From positions 3,917 through 67,916 of IMG/VR virus record IMGVR_UViG_3300028588_000021: a DNA stretch of 64,000 nt; one strand, given 5' to 3'. Of the stretch, positions 61,430-64,000 are shown one piece after another. The stretch is from a virus (lineage: Duplodnaviria > Caudoviricetes). Each line of letters opens with the position of its first letter. Within the stretch, counting starts at the first letter, position 1. Made by a program: the position numbers and the translations under genes. Below the pieces are notes generated by a model, which was not told the origin of the DNA, ran no database searches, and saw only the letters and a list, made by a program, of their open reading frames with translations.

Positions 61430-61750
61430 CTAGAGGGTGAAGTGCTCGGGGAAGTATTCGCGTGCCACGTCTAGGGCGGTGTATTTGTCGTCCAGGAAGC
61501 ACCCCCAAATTGCGTCTACTCCGTCCCACGCATCTGCGGGCGTGTCCATGTCGCGCAAGAGCACCCCGGTAAATCGTTTTTCAACACTCACGCCGTACAC
61601 TCCCTCCAAGTCGATCTGCGTTTGTTCCGCTTTGACCTCTTCGGGGGAAAGCTCCCGCTCTTCGGCTTCGATCTGGTAGTCGTCATCGTAGTAGACGACC
61701 ACTCGCGTCGTGTCATCGACGTCGATGATTTCGTGCACTGTTCCAAACAC
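61430..61750 (-). CDS. hypothetical protein
   Basis: AAGGGAG RBS, GTG start. Confidence 0.65.
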   Translation of the reverse strand: MFGTVHEIIDVDDTTRVVVYYDDDYQIEAEERELSPEEVKAEQTQIDLEGVYGVSVEKRFTGVLLRDMDTPADAWDGVDAIWGCFLDDKYTALDVAREYFPEHFTL

Positions 61751-61793
61751 TGTCTTACTCCCTTGATTTGGTTTGTTGAGGTGTGTTACGAGT

Positions 61794-61836
61794 GCCCCGG
61801 TGGAGAATCGAACTCCACTGGCAAACCATTCGGGGC
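61794..61836 (-). ncRNA. mini-tRNA-like element 4
   Basis: GCCCCG-aatggtttgcca-GTGGAG-TTCGATT-CTCCAC-CGGGGC-A. Confidence 0.6.
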
Positions 61837-61843
61837 TGTGCTG

Positions 61844-62257
61844 CTAGTTGTTACTCATCGGGTCGTCGTTCAGCTTGAGGACGGCCCACCCTGCCGGTTC
61901 GTCGTCGTCCTCATCGTACGTTTCCACCGTGACCAGGACGTACACCCCCGGGTGTGCCACGATGTCCTCAGCGATGCGGCCCCACAGGGACTCCGAAGGG
62001 TGCATGATCGGGCCGCTGTAGCCGTACTGACCCGTGTAGCCTTGCAGTGCGCCCCACTCACTTGGCAGGTTGTCAAGCCAATAGGGGTCGTCATCGCCTA
62101 CGTAGACGGTTTCGGGGGCGAGTGGGCCTCCGCATCCGAAATACCCGCTTGCATCCACGATGTAGCCACCGGCGAGGGTACGGAACGGGCAACCCCACTC
62201 GATTGTGGCGTTCAATTCGGTCGGGTCAATGAGTTGGGGGGTCTGGGAAACGAACAT
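61844..62257 (-). CDS. hypothetical protein
   Basis: GYTGQYGYSGPIMHPSE motif seen in actinophage hypothetical proteins. Confidence 0.7.
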   Translation of the reverse strand: MFVSQTPQLIDPTELNATIEWGCPFRTLAGGYIVDASGYFGCGGPLAPETVYVGDDDPYWLDNLPSEWGALQGYTGQYGYSGPIMHPSESLWGRIAEDIVAHPGVYVLVTVETYDEDDDEPAGWAVLKLNDDPMSNN

Positions 62258-62466
62258 GATTTGTCACTCATTTCTGCCTCATTTGAGGCAACTTGTATGT
62301 GTGTATACTGCTATATGAAGTTATGGTACCATAATTGAATATGGTGGTATATCAGGATGCTAAACGCGAACCTTGATTTTCCGGGGATTTTGGGTGCATA
62401 GTCAATCATTGCATACTCACTCGCAATCCACAATGATTGAATATTGACTCTAGGGCATTTATGCAC

Positions 62467-62701
62467 TTTTTACCTAGATAACCGGTCACAATTGAGGGAG
62501 TAGCAAAATTGTGACCGGATAACTGGGTAAAAACTCCACCCGTCTAGGGTATCTCTCTAGACAAGTATATATTTATATATATAGTTACTTTAGTAATATC
62601 TTGTCCGTCTAGAACGTGTGTTTAGTCTGGATTTTTTACCCAGATAACCGGTCAAACTGCACTGAGTGCAAACTCTTGGTGACCGGTTATCTGGGTAAAA
62701 A
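62467..62701. repeat. four ~22-25-bp repeats as two inverted pairs around an AT-rich core (origin-like)
   Basis: TTTTTACCCAGATAACCGGTCA at 62467(+), 62509(-), 62633(+), 62680(-); TATATATTTATATATATAG core between the pairs. Confidence 0.75.
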
Positions 62702-62809
62702 TCAGAATGTTATGTCAATACATTTCGCTTTCGAGAGCAATTACGATTAGTAAACCGAAACCGATTCCGAAGAATGCACCTGTTCCGATTATTACCAGAG
62801 CACCGAGCA

Positions 62810-62983
62810 TTACCGGTTACCCCGCTTAGCTCGGTTCAGCCCCTTGATCGTCACTGATTCGGTGAACCGCTTGGAGTCACGTCGAGCAACCTTGATTGAG
62901 TTACGCTCCGACTTGGTCAGTCGCTTGGTACGAGTGTCCACGATATTTCCATTCTGTAGAGAGGTTAGGCTGAGATTAGCCAC
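62810..62983 (-). CDS. possible small basic protein
   Basis: 57 aa Lys/Arg-rich open frame; weak RBS. Confidence 0.3.
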   Translation of the reverse strand: MANLSLTSLQNGNIVDTRTKRLTKSERNSIKVARRDSKRFTESVTIKGLNRAKRGNR

Positions 62984-62987
62984 CCGA

Positions 62988-63022
62988 TCACCGGAGAACC
63001 GTCGAGGGGTTCCATCCGGTGA
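62988..63022. terminator. 13-bp interrupted hairpin
   Basis: TCACCGGA..GAACC/GGTTC-TCCGGTGA just after the stop at 63036. Confidence 0.45.
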
Positions 63023-63035
63023 CCAGACTACTGAT

Positions 63036-63392
63036 TCAGACTCGAATTTCGTTGTTGTTCAGGTTATCCCAGACTGCCAGCTCACCCCGCTCTCTGGCGA
63101 CGTCGAGTGCTGCTGTTAGACCTTCGATGAGTTGAACCTCATCCCAGTAGATGACGTTTTCGTTGACATCGTACCCAGAATCCCAGTCAAAGCCCGATTT
63201 GTGATCGGTCCAACGACCGACCAAGGTGAGCTTAGGAAGCTCTTCCTCGAAAGTGTCCGGGGTAAGCGGCTTGACACCGACCATGTAACCGGTGTCGTAT
63301 TTCATCCGGTGCAAGTCACCGTGAGCGTCGACCAGATACGTTCCGTCTTCGGTGACGTCACTGAATCGAACTGGCTTAGTCAGAGTGTCCAT
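63036..63392 (-). CDS. hypothetical protein
   Basis: AAGGAAG RBS; MDTLTKPV start. Confidence 0.6.
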   Translation of the reverse strand: MDTLTKPVRFSDVTEDGTYLVDAHGDLHRMKYDTGYMVGVKPLTPDTFEEELPKLTLVGRWTDHKSGFDWDSGYDVNENVIYWDEVQLIEGLTAALDVARERGELAVWDNLNNNEIRV

Positions 63393-63659
63393 TGTGTCTT
63401 CCTTAGAGTGTAATCGTGAAGTGACCGGTACGGTCATCTGGGAGGGGGTTAGCTGGGGTGGACTGTTCGAGAACAGTCTTACAATCGATGGGCTGGTAGT
63501 CAAGGGTGAACATTATTCCTCATCCTTCTTAGTGCCGATGTCAAAGTGAATCAGCGTAGCCACGATTACGGCGAACATGAACATGCTTGCGATTTCTTGA
63601 GGGTACATGTGACCAGAGTGAGAATCGAACTCACTTACAACCATTCTGGCCTGTGTTGC

Positions 63660-63863
63660 TTAGATTGTGTTGATTGTGGGGTGAATGCCGTCGTTCAAGC
63701 AGTGATAGCAAAGCAGCCAGTTGTGTTGGCCCGAGCCGTTGTTTACGAGCTTCCATCCTTCAGTCTTAGCGACTTTCAAGGCGATTGCCTGTGTCTGGCC
63801 TGACCCCTTAGCGGTCATAAAGCATTGGTCACACATTGCCGTGACCATTTTTGCGTATGCCAT
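63660..63863 (-). CDS. small Zn-finger protein
   Basis: AAAGGA RBS; CDQC...CYHC. Confidence 0.55.
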   Translation of the reverse strand: MAYAKMVTAMCDQCFMTAKGSGQTQAIALKVAKTEGWKLVNNGSGQHNWLLCYHCLNDGIHPTINTI

Positions 63864-64000
63864 GTTGCTATCCTTTGTTTGGGTTGACACCATAACGGAC
63901 ACTAGTCACACTGTGCGCTTTACCTATACGCTTTATGTGGTCAGTGTAGCTAGTATCCGATATGGCGGCATATCACCCGTGGTCCCCATTGCCGCCCCCT

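Noticed and set aside
1-64000. Integrase, repressor, IS elements, CRISPR arrays, reverse transcriptase, stop-codon recoding
   Set aside because: No supporting motifs or repeat-spacer patterns were seen. Core genes read through in the standard code and no suppressor anticodon was found.

Overview
The window is most or all of a siphovirus-like dsDNA phage genome. Gene content and promoter style point to an actinobacterial host (inference). No integrase or repressor was recognised, so it is probably lytic. Layout: small rightward genes (0.1-3.1 kb); a 25-gene tRNA cluster (3.18-6.45 kb) covering all 20 amino acids, many with non-canonical structures; an accessory fibre/esterase module and nrdH (6.5-12.6 kb); the head, tail and lysis operons (12.8-33.7 kb); a bidirectional terminator; then a leftward arm with family A DNA polymerase, primase, a 26th tRNA, recombination genes, helicase, RNA ligase plus polynucleotide kinase, many small genes and an origin-like inverted-repeat region near 62.5 kb. 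The most striking signals are in RNA and converge on translation control. (1) A leaderless 22-codon ORF with competing antiterminator/terminator hairpins splits the tRNA cluster, and 20 of its 21 non-initiator codons specify amino acids whose tRNAs lie downstream of the terminator: a candidate attenuator for tRNA supply. (2) A promoter-to-terminator small RNA displays anti-Shine-Dalgarno-like CCUCC in two loops, while several late genes look leaderless. (3) A 33-nt copy of 16S rRNA helix 16 sits between two tRNAs. (4) Four ~42-nt mini-tRNA-like elements sit at gene junctions in the leftward arm. (5) A 104-nt tRNA-like RNA lies in tandem with the isolated tRNA-Leu. A LAXTG sortase-substrate-like surface protein is also notable. 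All calls come from manual reading with no database searches or folding programs; start codons and small ORFs are approximate.
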